Below, piece by piece: positions 12,619-25,945 of a stretch of DNA of 64,000 nt. The notes under the pieces were generated by a model. That model searched no databases and was not told the origin of the DNA. It saw only the letters and a list, made by a program, of their open reading frames with translations. The translations under genes and the position numbers were made by a program. Within the stretch, counting starts at the first letter, position 1, and the number at the start of each line of letters is the position of its first letter. Source of the stretch: Carcharhinus longimanus (Eukaryota). Where the stretch lies: NCBI GenBank assembly GCA_030264375.1, contig JASCQW010000139.1:12454708-12518707 (forward strand), written 5' to 3'.

Positions 12619-13004
12619 TCTGTGCCATGTTCTTTGAGTCACTTGGCAGTTCAGTTTGACTGGTCATTGCTTTTAAACTTGATGTATTTTGTTTTACATT
12701 AATCTACTGCATTCTGAATTCCCCCCTTGCAAGAACTCAATCCTTCTCTACCCCAGTTGTCATGTTGAAATCTTTCAAGTCTACTCAAACATGATGTCTG
12801 ATGTGCTTGAGGCATGTCCTCTTAAAACTTGGCACTTCTATTTCTAAATTTCTCCAATCCTTGTAATATGGTGCTGGCAGGATTTTGCATTTGTGTTCGT
12901 GTCAAGGCACCCATCCCCTATACTGCAACATAAAGTTGTAAATACAGTAACAAATTTGCTGCGATCGAATAAACAGGAATGCAGTACAGAGCCCAATATT
13001 TTAC

Positions 13005-13235
13005 TTTTTAGTAATTATTGGTTGAGAGTTAAATGACCCAGACTGTTAGGATTCCACCACTCCTTGAATTGTATCCAGAGATCTTTTACATCCACATGAA
13101 AGAGCAGATGAAGCTTTTGCGTAGGGCTCATCCAAAGCATCCCTTCATTAATGCACTGAAGTTGTCAGCCAGATTGAGTTGAAGTATTTGAAGTAGAACT
13201 TAAGCATTCTGACACAATAAGCCAAGGCTGATATT
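13005..13235 (-). mobile_element. Deu-domain SINE (SacSINE1/AmnSINE1-like), decayed
   Basis: gatcttttacatccacatgaaagagcagatg is the reverse complement of the Deu core also seen at 55950-55990. Confidence 0.55.
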
Positions 13236-13344
13236 TAATTACACCTGCCGTTGAGTGCTCAAATCAAATTCACATTTCACTTTGTTTGCACCTCCACAAA
13301 CTGAATGGGGGAATATCTTCGTAAATGGCTTGGAGTCAAATCAG

Positions 13345-14517
13345 TGGCCAACACACCATTTCCCTGGCCCAGCACTCAACCCTGGAACACCTAGATAACA
13401 AGGACACCTATGCCAGACTCCTATTTATTTGACTACAACCTTCAACACTATTATTATCACGAAAATCATCTCCAAATTCCATGGCCTGGGCCTCAGCACT
13501 TCACTCTACGACTGGATCCTGAACTTCAGACCACAGTCAGTAAGGATAGGCAACACCACCTCCATGATCATCCACAACCCTAGTGCCCCACAAGGCTGTT
13601 TTCAGCTCCCTACTATAATCCTTTATACACCTATGACTGTGCGACCAAATTCTCCTCCAGTTTTGATTTTCAAGTTTGCTGATGACACCACCATATTGGG
13701 TTGGATCTCAATCAATGACGAGACAGAGTACAGGAAATGAGAGAATCTGCTGTGGCAACAATAATCTCTCCCTCAATGTCAGCAAAACAAAGGAGGTTGT
13801 CAATGACTTCAAGAAGCATAAAGGAGAACATGCCCCTGTCTAAGAAAGCCCACAAACGCCTCTACTTTCTCAGAAGACTGAGGAAATTTGGCATATCAGT
13901 TACGACTCTCCAACTTTTACAGATGCACCATAGAAAGTATTCTCCCTGGTTGTATCACAGCGTGGTATCCCCCCCCCGCCCCCCCAAGACAGCAAGGAAC
14001 TACAAAAGGTCATGAATGTAGCNNNNNNNNNNNNNNNNNNNNNNNNNNNNNNNNNNNNNNNNNNNNNNNNNNNNNNNNNNNNNNNNNNNNNNNNNNNNNN
14101 NNNNNNNNNNNNNNNNNNNNNNNNNNNNNNNNNNNNNNNNNNNNNNNNNNNNNNNNNNNNNNNNNNNNNNNNNNNNNNNNNNNNNNNNNNNNNNNNNNNN
14201 NNNNNNNNNNNNNNNNNNNNNNNNNNNNNNNNNNNNNNNNNNNNNNNNNNNNNNNNNNNNNNNNNNNNNNNNNNNNNNNNNNNNNNNNNNNNNNNNNNNN
14301 NNNNNNNNNNNNNNNNNNNNNNNNNNNNNNNNNNNNNNNNNNNNNNNNNNNNNNNNNNNNNNNNNNNNNNNNNNNNNNNNNNNNNNNNNNNNNNNNNNCT
14401 GTATCACTACATTCTACAATCTCTCATTTCCTTCTCTGAATGGTATGTTTTGTCTTATAGCATGCAAGAAACAATACTTTTCACTGTTTATACATGTGAC
14501 AATAAATCAAATCAAAT
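13345..14517 (+). mobile_element. Rex1/Babar LINE 3' part
   Basis: HLDNKDTY, LGLSTSLYDWILNFRPQSVRIG, APQGC, FKFADDTTILG, KRLYFLRRLRKFG and FYRCTIESIL; tail gacaataaatcaaatcaaa. Confidence 0.9.
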
Positions 14518-16479
14518 GTTTGCAGATACAAAGTTAATAAAGGTGATGGGATTATTTGGGTATGCTTGGGGATTGGCATATGAAATTCAACATGGAGAAA
14601 TGCAGTTCTTCATGAAAACATCCAGGTAGGTAATACATAATGACATAAAAAATAAGGGCGCTGATTGTCAGTACGTGGAAGCTATAGCAGCAGTGCTCAC
14701 TAACCGTGAGCAAAACTAATCAGATGTACTCAAGGTCAATACTGAAAATAAATGCTATTTATTATTTAAATTATATTTATTACTTAAATATTTAAATTAT
14801 TTTAAATTGTATTTATTTTACTAAATAATATAAATGATATATTAAGCAAACAGTATATAGTTCAGGTTACCATAATACAGAAAGACTGCTGGAGCTATTC
14901 AAAAGATACAGAAGAGGACAACTAGCATGGTGGATAGATTGGATGATGAGCATTTTCTTGTCCTCACTGGAAAGGAGATGGTTCCCTCTGAAATCAGTTT
15001 GCTGTGCGTGGCTGGCTTGTTGCACTGCTTGATCTCTTTAAGAGTAAAACATGGTCACACGTTTTAAAGGAAACACTGCTTATGCATGGCTTGTTTGTTC
15101 ATTGCGCTGCACATTCTTGTTTATTGCTAGGCTCACAGCTTAAAATGGATGTGCAAGATTGCTTCTTTAGGATTCTAAGGAAGCTGAATAACGTAGAACT
15201 TGATCAGCTGTTTTATGTATTTCAATAGAACTAAAGGACATAGCCTGTACTTCAAAGGTAGCTAGCTGTAGTCCACAAGAAACCGTGGACATCTGTCTGT
15301 TGGAGGGAGAGCCAAGTGGTAATAAAATTTGAGGAGCACCATTCTGCATCAAACAGGGAGCAAGGTAAGGAGGCAGTCCTCCGTGAAGTACTCCAAATCT
15401 AACCAACAAGAAGTTATTTGAGTCATCAGTGTACGGAGGCAGGTGAAACAGTAACTTGTTCAAAACTGGATTTTTAAAAATGAAGTAATATTTTGGGATA
15501 GTAAAAATACCATAGAAAATAGGAGTAATTCATTTAGACCTTTGAGTGTGCTCTGTCATTTTACATGATCATGGCTGATCTTTTATCTCAATGCCAAACT
15601 CCAGCATTCTCCCCACTATTTTTTTATACATGGATACAGTATATAAGTAATTTGAGACATAAATGAACATGTGATTTTCAACCTGTGGTTCACAAAGCCA
15701 GGTTTGGGTCTGTTGTAGATTAATTTATAGAAATTGTCATGATTAGTCATTATCATCATTATACGATTGCCAATATGATGGCAAATTAGATGGACTTGTG
15801 ACTTTTTAATCTATATTCCAATGCACGTAAATAAACCTATTAGCTGTCTGCAGGTTTGGTTGCTGGAAGGACTTGACACTGTTTACAAGCCTCTTTCATA
15901 AAAACAAGCTGAATGACCAGCAGGTGTTGTGCTGCTGCTGGCTTCTTCTCCATCCTGCTTTGAGTATTTTGGCTGCCATTCAGCCTGCTGAGATGTAGAA
16001 AGGTTATAAATACAAGGTATTGCAATGGACAGAAACTATTGAATTGTGGAAGAATAGAGAAATATGTTAGACTCCCAAGTTTCTAAATTGGTGGTTAGGT
16101 ATTACTGATAAAGTTTTCTGGCATTTTAGGACTCTTAGAATTTTTTAATTTAAGTCTGAGAAGTAGAAATATATGTTCTAGTGTAATGCTGTTATGGTTT
16201 ACTCTGGTTCCAAAATGGGTAATATTGAACTTTGTATGTCTTTTATTCTTTGATCAAATGCTGAAGTGTATCGAAGTGCAATTTAAGTTTTAATTAGATA
16301 TCTAGCTTGCTGTGGTCCTGTATCAAGTATCACTGAAGAAGAGGAAGTGGGGGGGGTTGCTGATCATAACTGACTCAACATTAACTTTGTTCCTCCACAG
16401 ATACTCCAATCCTGCTGAGTATTTCCAGCACTTTCAATAGTGACTGCTTTCATGTTATTTTCATTCACATTTAAGTAAT

Positions 16480-17230
16480 CCTAAGGTCATGCCAGAGATG
16501 AAAATAATAAGGGCGACTAAAGGTTTGGTCAGAGATGGGTTTCAAGCAATACCTTAAGAGATAAGGGAGGAGGTGAAGGCAGACACACTTTGGAAGAGAA
16601 TTCCAGGTCTCTCCCTAGGTAATTGAAAGCACAATTGTCAATAGCAAAGAGGAATGAGAGAATTACAAAAACTAAGACTTGGATGAAATGCAGAGTTTTT
16701 GCAGAGTAGTAGAGCTGGATATGGTTGCAGCAAAGGGAGGTGGAAACTTCAAGCTCCTGAAAGGGTTTAAACATGAGGATGAGAATTTTTAAAATTTGAG
16801 ATTCGGAAACCTGAAGTCCATAAGGAGAATAGAAATTAAATTATAGATGAGTGGAACTGAGTGCAGGAGTGAATACAAGTAGCAAGAGATTTGCGTGACC
16901 TGAGAATGAGCAAGCATTGGGACAATTGAGTCTGGAGGTGAGAGGCATAAATCAGAATTTCAATAGGAGGTATGATAAGATGGGGATAGAGAATTTTGGA
17001 AATTATAAGTCTTTTACAGAACAGATATGGGGTTAACAACACGCTTTGGGAGCAAATTGGACACCAAACTTGAAAGCTTTGTGAGGTTGGTAGGGATGTA
17101 GTATATGTCATGAGGCAACGGCATTGACTGTGGTTTTTCCAAATTTTGATGTTTTGCTGAAAGCTCATCCAGAACTGAATGTTGGGAAACAGTTAACAGC
17201 AGATGCAGTGAAGAGGTTGAGAGAGGCTTT
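16480..17230 (-). mobile_element. L2-like LINE 3' fragment, decayed
   Basis: Purine-rich reverse complement of an L2 3' end (aaaggtttggtcagagatgggtttcaagcaataccttaagag...gagaattccagg). Confidence 0.55.
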
Positions 17231-17989
17231 TTGTTTTGAACTATTTATGTTTTCGTGTTTCAAAGTGCAGCTTTCAAGTAAGTGATTTTTTTTCTCTTAT
17301 GGGCAGATGTACAGCAATTTGATTGCCCAGCTTTGTGATTCATTCAGTCACATCCCAAAATGCTGTTGTACACTGATCCTGCCCAACGCTCTCCCTAGCA
17401 TGATGCTATGCTGGACTTCATCAGGAGATGGGGAATATGAGGTTGTGTGGGGAAATTGGTTACTGGTGAAATCTTGATTGGGATTCATATTGTAACTGTT
17501 GCTGTTCTAAATCTGCAGTGATCTCGATGAAGGTGTGGATAACACAAGATGTATCCTATTGATAGGCACCTATAAAGGAAAGGAAAGCAAGCTATCATCA
17601 ACTTGATGCAATGGAAGAAAATGCTTGATAGAAAAGTTTTGAAGCAGAAAAGGAGTCAGGGTATAGTGTGAATCTATTAAAATGCACAACCAGTGTTTAA
17701 CAGACTATTGCTTTATAAAATAGACAACTTGGATATAAAACCACAATTTGATAGCAAACTAAAATAGATTTGATATCTTTGTATACTGTTTAGGTCTCAC
17801 GTGGTTGGCAAGACCACATGGAAACCCTGAAGGGATTGTAAGAATAATGCCTATCTTAAAAACTGAGTTGTCATGTAGACCCAGGAGGTTGGGCTTTTAA
17901 CTCCAGACTTACTTAAAATATTGAAAATGTTGAATACACGAGTGTGTGGATAAGGTATGTGAGCTGGATAGAGCAAAAATAAGAATTTA

Positions 17990-19290
17990 TACCCTGTATC
18001 CTGGCGAAGGCACAGTGGATGGTTACAAGATGATTTTACCTTGTGGAAGATGTAAAGGTTATGGAGAGTCAGAAGGTGACCCGCTTGCTGCAAAATACCC
18101 AATTGCAGTGTTTACCTTGCTGATCCAATTAAGTCTCTGGTCGGTGTTGATTCTACTCCCAACATTCTTTTGCGTGTGCTTTCTTTCCTCCCTGCCCAAA
18201 CAAAAACATGTTGATCAGGGATAAGGGGATGTCATTATGTACATTAAGATTGTGCATCTAAAATTTGTGTAGTGCAAATATTACTTGCCACTTATTAGCC
18301 ATGCCTGAAGGTTGTCCAGGTCTTACTACATACAAGCAAAGACTGGTTCGTTGTCTGCATTCGTCACTGAGCATCCCCACTTCTGACCTTTAGGGAAGAC
18401 CAATTAATGAAGCACCTAGGATACGGTCCTGAAAAACTCCTGCAATGATGTCTAGTGCTGACGGGGTTGGCCTTTCACAACCACAGCCATCTTCCTGCTA
18501 AGTATGATTCCAGCCAGTGGGAAATCTTGTATTGATCCCCTTTGTCAATTTACTCTAATTCCTTAGTCATTGACTTCACCTCAGCATTTAGCTCTTTTTC
18601 TTGTGTTTGGATCAAAACTGTTGGTAAGGTCTGGCAGCACCCAATCCTCAATATCAGCGAGCAGGATAAGAGTAATAACCACTTGATAGGTCTGCTTATG
18701 ACATGTTCTATCACTTTGATCGATAGTTGGATTGATGGTGTAGGATTTGGCCTCATTTGAATTTGTCCTGATTTATTTGACATTTACCTGCGTTATTTTC
18801 CACTTTCAGATTGACATAGTGGTACTTGTACTGGAATGTCTTGACTAAAGGTGTGGTGACATCTCTAAAGCGTATATCTTCAATGCTACAAATAGGATAT
18901 TGCTGGGACCAGAGTACTCTTTATTGTATTCCTTACATCCAGCTATTTTGTGTTAAAATGTGGAGTGAATTGAATTGACTGAAGACTGACTGTTATTGTG
19001 GGGACCTTGGATGAATCATCCACTTGGCACTTCTAGCTGAAGATGGCTGCAAGCTCTTCAGCACTCGCATGCTGGACTCTACCATCCTAAAGGGATGGTA
19101 TGTTCATGGAGCCCCTATTTATTAATTGTCCATCACCATTCACAGCTGGTTATGGCAGGACGCCAGAGCTCTGTTCTGATATGTTGGTTTTGGAATTGCT
19201 TGGCTTTGTCTCTATCATGCTGCTTCTGTTATTTAGCCTCTATGTAGTGCTGTGTTTTAACTTCAGGTTGGCATCTCATTGTTAGATATG
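17990..19290 (-). mobile_element. Second CR1-like LINE family, decayed ORF2
   Basis: gttgtccaggtctt...catccccacttctgacctt...gaagcacctag...actcctgcaatgatgtc is homologous to 51985-52160. Confidence 0.65.
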
Positions 19291-19317
19291 CAAACAGTGT
19301 AATTAAGAAAAGAAGTT

Positions 19318-19872
19318 TGCCATTTGGCCTCTTGAGCCTGCCCTGACATTAGAAAAGATCATGGCAGTTCTCATTGTGCCCTCCAGTGTGTCTGGCAAAA
19401 ACTTTAACTCCCTTGTAGATCAAAGGTATGTCAGTTAGGTTGATTGGCCAAGCTGAATTGCCCCTTAGTGTCCAAAGATGTGCAGGTTAGGTGGCTTGGT
19501 CATTGTGAATGTGTGGGGTTATGGGCTAGGGCAGGGGTTGGACTTGAGTAAGATGCTCTTTTGGAATGTCAGTGCAAAGTCAATGGGCTGAATGACCTCT
19601 CATTGAACTGTAGGGATCCTTTGAAGAGTCAACATACTAATGGCCCTCTGANNNNNNNNNNCTCATCTCCTATCTTAAACGGTGACCCTTATTTTTGAAC
19701 CATATCCCCTGGTTCTAATCCCTCCCAGGAGGGGGAATATCTCTGTATCCATCCTGTTAACTCCCCTTAGAATCTTATTTAGATAAGATCAACTTGCCTC
19801 CTGAACTCTGGTGAATTCAGGACCAGCCTGTCCAACTATTCCTCGTAAACTAACCTCTTCATACCAGGAACC
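19318..19872 (-). mobile_element. CR1 3' end interrupted by an HE1-like SINE (19430-19620, + strand)
   Basis: ccatttggcctcttgagcctgccctgacatt...gatcatggc; the nested SINE has a duplicated gttaggt...ttggccaagctgaattgccccttagtgtccaaagatgtgcaggttagg. Confidence 0.65.
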
Positions 19873-19874
19873 AG

Positions 19875-20398
19875 ACCTTGGTGAGACCACATTTGGAATA
19901 TTGTGTTCAGTTCTGGTCACCTTAATATAAGAAGGATGTGGAAGCATTGGAGAGAGTGCAGAGGAGATTTACCAGGATGCTGCCTGGATTAGAGGGCAAG
20001 TCTTAAGAGGAAAGGTTGAGGGAACCGGGAGCTTTTTTCTTTAGAGCGGAGAATGAGAGGTGACTTAAGAGGTTTATAAGATGATGAGGGGGATAGATAG
20101 AGTGGACGTGCAGAGACTCTTTCTTTGGGTGGATGTAGCTGTTACTAGGGGGCATCACTTTAAGGTTATGGTGGGAGATATAGGAGGGATGTCTGAGGTA
20201 GATTCTTTACTCAGAGTGGTTAGGGTGTGGAATACACTGCCTGCTGTGATAGTGGAGTCAGACACTTTAGGAGCTTTCAAGCGGTTACTGGACCGGCACA
20301 TGGAGCACACCAGAATTATAAGGAGTGAGATAGCTCGATCTTGCATTTAGACATAGCTCGGCACAACTTTGAGGGCCGAAGGGCCTGTACTATGTTCA
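19875..20398 (+). mobile_element. CR1 (HER1-like) LINE 3' fragment
   Basis: [30 protein letters not shown] and MRGIDRVD; ends gggccgaagggcctgtactatgttc. Confidence 0.88.
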
Positions 20399-20849
20399 TC
20401 TTTTTAGTTACCCTAAGACCCAATGCACTCTGGTGCTAGATATATTTCTCGTCGCTTTATTTCAAAGCAGTTGAGCAACTGATTGACTGACTCTTCATGT
20501 CCCACCATGAACCTTGTGGGACTGGAGTCACATGTATCCCAACCGGACAGTGCTGATAGGATCTATTCACTAAAGGACCTAAATAATCCATTGTTTCTTT
20601 CAATGGTATAAATCTTTGAAATTGTTTTAATTTGTGAAATTTGGACAGAATTATATCTTGTTTTCAGAAGGGAAAGATTTTAGTTGCCACAAAAAAGAAT
20701 GTGTTCCATGTGTGACTGTTTCCTCATCAATTATTGAAAAGCTAGAAGCCTTAAGAATAAAACAAAAGACAATCTGCTCATGTGCTGATTTAAGAACTAA
20801 TTGCAAATGTATAGACCCTGAAGGGTTTTATTCAGATTGATTTTTAAAA

Positions 20850-21100
20850 TTTTATAAATTCATTTTTATGGGATGTGGGCATCACTGGCTAGGCCAGCAT
20901 TTATTGTTTATTTCTTGTTGCCCTTCAGAAAGTAGTGGTGAGCTGCCTTTTAGAATTGCTGCAGTCAGAGGTGTAGGTACATCCATGGTGCTGATATGGA
21001 GGGAGTTTCAAAATTTTTGACCCAGGAACTGTGATATATTTCCAAGTGATGATGAGTCACTTGGAGGGGAACTACCAAGTGGTGGTGTTCCCAAGTATTT
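20850..21100 (-). mobile_element. Second CR1-like family 3' end
   Basis: atgggatgtgggcatcactggctaggccagcatttattg...cccttcagaaagtagtggtgagctgcctt. Confidence 0.7.
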
Positions 21101-21474
21101 ATGCAGTTAAAATTTTAGTGAGAGGTTTACTGTAGTTGATCAAGCTGCATTTCTGTTTGTTTGGTAAATGCCAACACCTTAGCTTTGATACACTAACTGA
21201 AAACCTATATTGTAGTGCAGCAAACAGATCCACTAACCAGAGAGATGGATTATAAATCCTCTGCTATATTTAGTGCAGGATGAATTTCAATCTCAACCAG
21301 GCTGTCTTGGATGATGTATGTTATATAACATAGGAGGTGGCAATTGAAGAACAAGTTTCACATCAATTAAAAAGCACAAATCAACTAATTCAAGAGCAAC
21401 ATGTTTGACAAGTAGCATTTCGTACCTAGTCTGTCTTTCACAAGAACAAACGAGAATGAAAAGAGTCAGAATAT

Positions 21475-21848
21475 AGCAAATAGGAAAAAACATAGGCCAA
21501 ACAACTCCTCTAGTCTTCTCTGCCATTTAATAAGATCATGGTTATGCTTCTAATCAACTCTGCTTTCCTGCCCTGTCCCCATATCACTTAATTTCCTTTA
21601 ATGCCCAGAAATTTATTTGCCTCCATCCTGAATACGATGAATGAGTTAAGTATCCCAGTATGCTGGAGCTGAGAATTCCAAGCATTCCTAACCTCCCAAG
21701 TGAAGAAATTTCTCCACGGCACATTTCCAATTGGTTAAAAAAGGGTGGCACAGACAAGTTGGGCCAAAGGGACTGTTTCCATGCTGTGAACCTCTATAAC
21801 CTTATCTGGACTGACCTCTAATCCTAGATTCTTCAATTAGGGAAAAAT
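21475..21848 (-). mobile_element. CR1 3' UTR with a short nested opposite-strand CR1 tail (~21740-21800)
   Basis: tctgccatttaataagatcatgg...gagaattccaagcattc...gtgaagaaatttctcc. Confidence 0.6.
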
Positions 21849-22811
21849 CCTCTGTCTTAAAACATGTTTGCAAGATAAACTGAAACAAATGCAAAATTTA
21901 ATTTTTTGCATTCTGCTGATGGTTGAAAACTTAAATTTGACTTTCTGCACAAATTGTCATATTTTCTTATGAAGCTCAAAACCCAACATTTCACTGTTGA
22001 CTTAAATTATAAAATAAGCATAGCGCTATGAAAAAAAATTGGTTATTTTATTTGGCAAGTGTTTATTGCAGTACAGCTGCTCCAATTTCTTTGAGTTCTG
22101 ATGTTCCATTTGAAAATTGAAATTGCATGAACAGATTGAATATGGCCTACTTATATTTTGATCTAATTCCTTCTTTCTGATCAACCAGTAATCATGTACC
22201 TAAATATATAAATTGGTATTTCAGTTGTTACAAGTTAGAAGCTGTTTTGTAAACTTTTTCTTTTATCTGCTCCTGTTCTGTAAATGATATTAGAAAAGGC
22301 AATTCAAGTTGCTATAAAATCACTTTAAAATTGTTATAGCAAGGTTTGAATACTATGATCAATATCAGATAATTGGCTCTGCAGTTGCAAATTCATTGAA
22401 TAACTGTTTTCCTGAGTTACAATTTTATTTCCTCTATCATTTTATTAAAGATGTGGAGAGTAGATTCTTCCTAAACAAAATTTTAGTAATACTTCAAACT
22501 AATGCAGGTTTTACATTTTTAAGGAAAAGCTTGCATAGAATTTACAACTCAAACAGGCTTTTTAGTCCAGCATCCTGGACTATGTTCATGCCACACATTA
22601 GACTACTTCCATTCTATTTACCATATTGCCATGTTTAAACGTATCCTTTCTTTATTCCTTTCTCTCTCATGTATTTCTTTTGCCATCCTTTAACTGCATT
22701 TATATTTATCTATGCTCTATTTCACATTGCCACACTTTCTGGGTAGAGTTTCTCCAGAACTCTTAATTGGATTTATTATTGATGTATATCTGAGACTTTG
22801 GACACTACTGT

Positions 22812-22900
22812 GACTTGCACTTCAAGCGCTTTACGTAATCCCAGGACATAGCACTTCATGGCCAATGAAGTATTTGGATGTCACTGTAGAAATGGGATGC
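22812..22900 (-). mobile_element. Deu-SINE 3' tail fragment
   Basis: gacttgcac...agcgctttacg...gcacttcatggccaatgaagta. Confidence 0.5.
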
Positions 22901-23918
22901 TATAGTCTTGTGCCGACATTCAGGTGTGTGTAATATGCCCTCCAAACCTAACCTCATTCTTCTCTTCTCCCCGCTCTCCATATCACTCTGCATTTGCTGC
23001 CCCATCTGTTATGACTTTTCCTACCTTCTGTGCTTCGAACATTTCAAGGTTTGGTTCCCCATGGACTGGCTCATGATTGCTTCTTCCAACCTGGGGATTT
23101 TGCTTACCACATACTTGATCTCCCATGTGACCCACTGTCTTCCTTGCTGAAATCTGTTTGCATTGGTGATTTAAAAGGCGCCTAAACTCCCTTACCATGT
23201 CCTCTAATTTTTTTCCTTTCCCCTGTTGGTGTAATGTATCACAGTTCTTCAGTTTGCATCTCCCTTTTGGAATTTGTCAAAATCATTAGACTTATCAGAC
23301 TCCTTCCCCACTCTTTGCCTCCAGAAATACTTCTGAATACCTAACTTTGACTCTCCTTCTGATCCAAGTCTGCCTCCAGGGAGAACTGAACTATACTTAT
23401 AACGTTAAAATTACTGAATCTTTTTTGGTCTGGTTCCTTTTTCACTTTGAAGTGAAGGCTGAGATTGGTATCTATTGTGAGAACAGCAGCTTGAAATTAC
23501 CAGAGATTTTGTTTGATGCGCTTCCTGCATTTTCAGTCAAGAATAGGAAAATCTTGCACTTGCTAGTGTGATAATCTTTAAGTGATGAACTGCTAAATGT
23601 TTAAATGTTTCTATTACTGTATGACCCATATGTGTACTCTTATCTCCACCCCCACCGCCATCTTCAAAAAAAAGGACTTGCAGCAGAATAACTTGATACT
23701 GTTTATGAACCCAAAATAAACTGCAGCATCTTTGCTGTTGTAATTTGAAGGTCATCACAACCTCGTGACCACTGTGAAGTGTCATTCTCAGATTGCAAAG
23801 AATTTATTTTGATGTGCACTTACAACTGAGGCAAATAATTGTTTTGAAGTTAACTGATATTTCATGTTTATTTGTATTTATTCTGACCAATTTCTTTCTA
23901 ATTTAATTTGCAGGTGAA

Positions 23919-23933
23919 ATGAGTGGTTGTTGA
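23919..23933 (+). promoter_or_regulatory. uORF1 (MSGC*)
   Basis: ATG AGT GGT TGT TGA, 5 nt after the acceptor; A at -3 is absent (G at -3). Confidence 0.6.
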
Positions 23934-24026
23934 ATGTTACCGAATCCCCTCTTGGTTCTTGGATTTGGCTTCTGCAAAGGTGTTTTGTGTTGGCGTAGGG
24001 CCACTGTGTGGCAGTACTCGTACTAA
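23934..24026 (+). promoter_or_regulatory. uORF2 (30 aa), directly abutting the uORF1 stop
   Basis: ATG TTA CCG AAT ... TCG TAC TAA, in the same frame as uORF1 and the main ATG. Confidence 0.45.
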
Positions 24027-24110
24027 ATTAGGAGTTTGCAAGGAATTTTGATCTCCTGTGGAGGAGGCAGCAGCTGCTGTAGAAATCAGACTTGATTTCA
24101 CACAATCAAA

Positions 24111-24142
24111 ATGGTGTTGTCGCAGAGACAAAGGGATGAACT
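24111..24142 (+). CDS. PAFAH1B1: LIS1 / PAF-AH 1b regulatory subunit, first coding exon (MVLSQRQRDEL)
   Basis: aaaATGG Kozak context; translation identical to the LIS1 N-terminus; 32 coding nt then donor CT|gtaagt. Confidence 0.97.
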
Positions 24143-25244
24143 GTAAGTATTCCAATATCTTATAGTGTGAATTTAAGCTATGTTGCTAACAGAATTTGTG
24201 CCGCCTTGTCTGACACCTATTCAATATGCTTTTATTTTTTGCAAATAAAATTAATTCTTCAATATCTACCTTCAATTGTCATAACTCAAATATATGAAGT
24301 GTGACCAAAATATTCTAAATCTTGAGTGTTTTTCTCGTTCAGAAAAGTTGGTGAGCTTCAAAAGGGGCAATTAAAATTAACAGCTTAATAAATTGAATTG
24401 GAAAAATTTAAATGCACTGATCCATGCACGTATCTTTATAATAAATATCATTGTCAAATTTTAGTTACTAAACATTACTCCTGTTTGGAGGGACTTGATT
24501 TGACTTTTTCTTGCACAAAAGGCCTCTAATTCACATTCCTTAATTTGAGTTGCTGGATGGTTTGAGTTTGTATGCACATAGAACAATTTTTAATCAGCTG
24601 GAGTAAATTGAGCACCTTACTGGCTGTGCAACGAATAATTTTTCATCAAATAGTTATATGCATTACGATTTATGACTAAATATTTAACACATATGCACTA
24701 CATTGGAATATTCAAATTATTTTGTCAGTTTGTTGAATCCTGTGTTATCGAAAAAAGATTGTATACATGTTTTAGAACATAATCATCACTTTGCAAAGTG
24801 TTGTAAATTTACCAGTACCCACCTAAGCTTTCCACGATGTATGTTGAAGTTTAAAAACTGATTTTGGATGGCTGAAATACTAATAGTTTTAAGTATTTAG
24901 CCTTAATTCTGTCACTATTAAGGATGCAGGGCAACATTGCAGCTGTGCGCACAACCCTTGGACTGCAACAGTATAGCAATGTAACTATTGTTTGGCTTTT
25001 AAGCTTTGCTCCATAATGAAGAGCTGCATTCACTTTCTAAAAACCCACTAGAATGTAAAGTAACAATCTGAGTATTGGTTTAAGAAATTTCTTTGGTTTC
25101 TCAGGAGATTCAAGATCATGATCTCAGTTTGGAGATATTGAAACTGTAATGCAAATGGGTATGAGCTTCAGAAAAGAACGTAGTTCTTGTCATGCAGATC
25201 TGCACACAAGAATGACTTCCTTGTTAGTTGCCACTTGGATTGTT

Positions 25245-25945
25245 AGAATGGAAAAGCAGAGTATTTTTTAGAAAGCATGAAATTTGTGTATGTTGATCTT
25301 CCAAGGCACTTGAGTGTGCTCATACAAGGAGCACGTATGCAGGTACAATTAGGAAAACAAGCAGCCTGTTCTTTATTGAAAGGGGATCAGAGTACAGGCT
25401 TAGAGAAATCGTGATAACAATTGTACAAGACTTTGCGATCACGCCTAGAGTACAGGACGCGGTTTGACCTCCCTGTTTAAGGAAAGATTATACTTGACTT
25501 GGATGCTGCACAGCAAAGGTTCATTAGAGTGGTTCATTGGGATGAGAGCTTTATCACGTTACCAATTGGATCTCTATTCTCTGGAGCTTAGAAGAATGTA
25601 GGGTTATCTCACTGAGGCATATAAGATCCTGAAGGGGCTTGACAGTATAGTCAATGAGAATCTAGACATGGAATTTAGAACATGGGGGTATCATCTTAGG
25701 GCTCAGGAGTTGATCATTTAAGACTGAGATGAAAAATTTCTTTGTTCAGGGTTGTGAATGTTTGGATTTCTGTACTCCAGTAGATTGTGGATACTTCATA
25801 GAATACCAGACTGAATTTAGTTGCCTCGGAATTGAGGGACATGGGGAGGGGCAGGAGAATAGAATTAAAACACTAGTTCAGCCATGATCTAACTGAGCAG
25901 GATCAACAAGCTGTATCATCTACCCTTGCTCCTCTTTCTTCTGAG
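25245..25945 (+). mobile_element. Decayed CR1 LINE 3' fragment
   Basis: cgcctagagtac...tattctctggagcttagaagaatg...agccatgatcta...ctacccttgctcct. Confidence 0.75.

Larger units (their letters stand above)
23914..24110 (+). other. PAFAH1B1: PAFAH1B1 exon 2, 5' UTR portion
   Basis: Branch-like ctgac/ctaat and a pyrimidine tract ending tttgcag|GTGAAATG at 23913/23914; continuous with the start codon. Confidence 0.8.

Noticed and set aside
14750-14845. Extremely AT-rich quasi-palindromic stretch
   Set aside because: Low-complexity sequence inside a decayed CR1 region; no defined unit or structure.
15130-15370. Possible cryptic exon in intron 1 (donor-like AAG|gtaagg at ~15365)
   Set aside because: No convincing paired acceptor or homology; it cannot be supported without transcript data.
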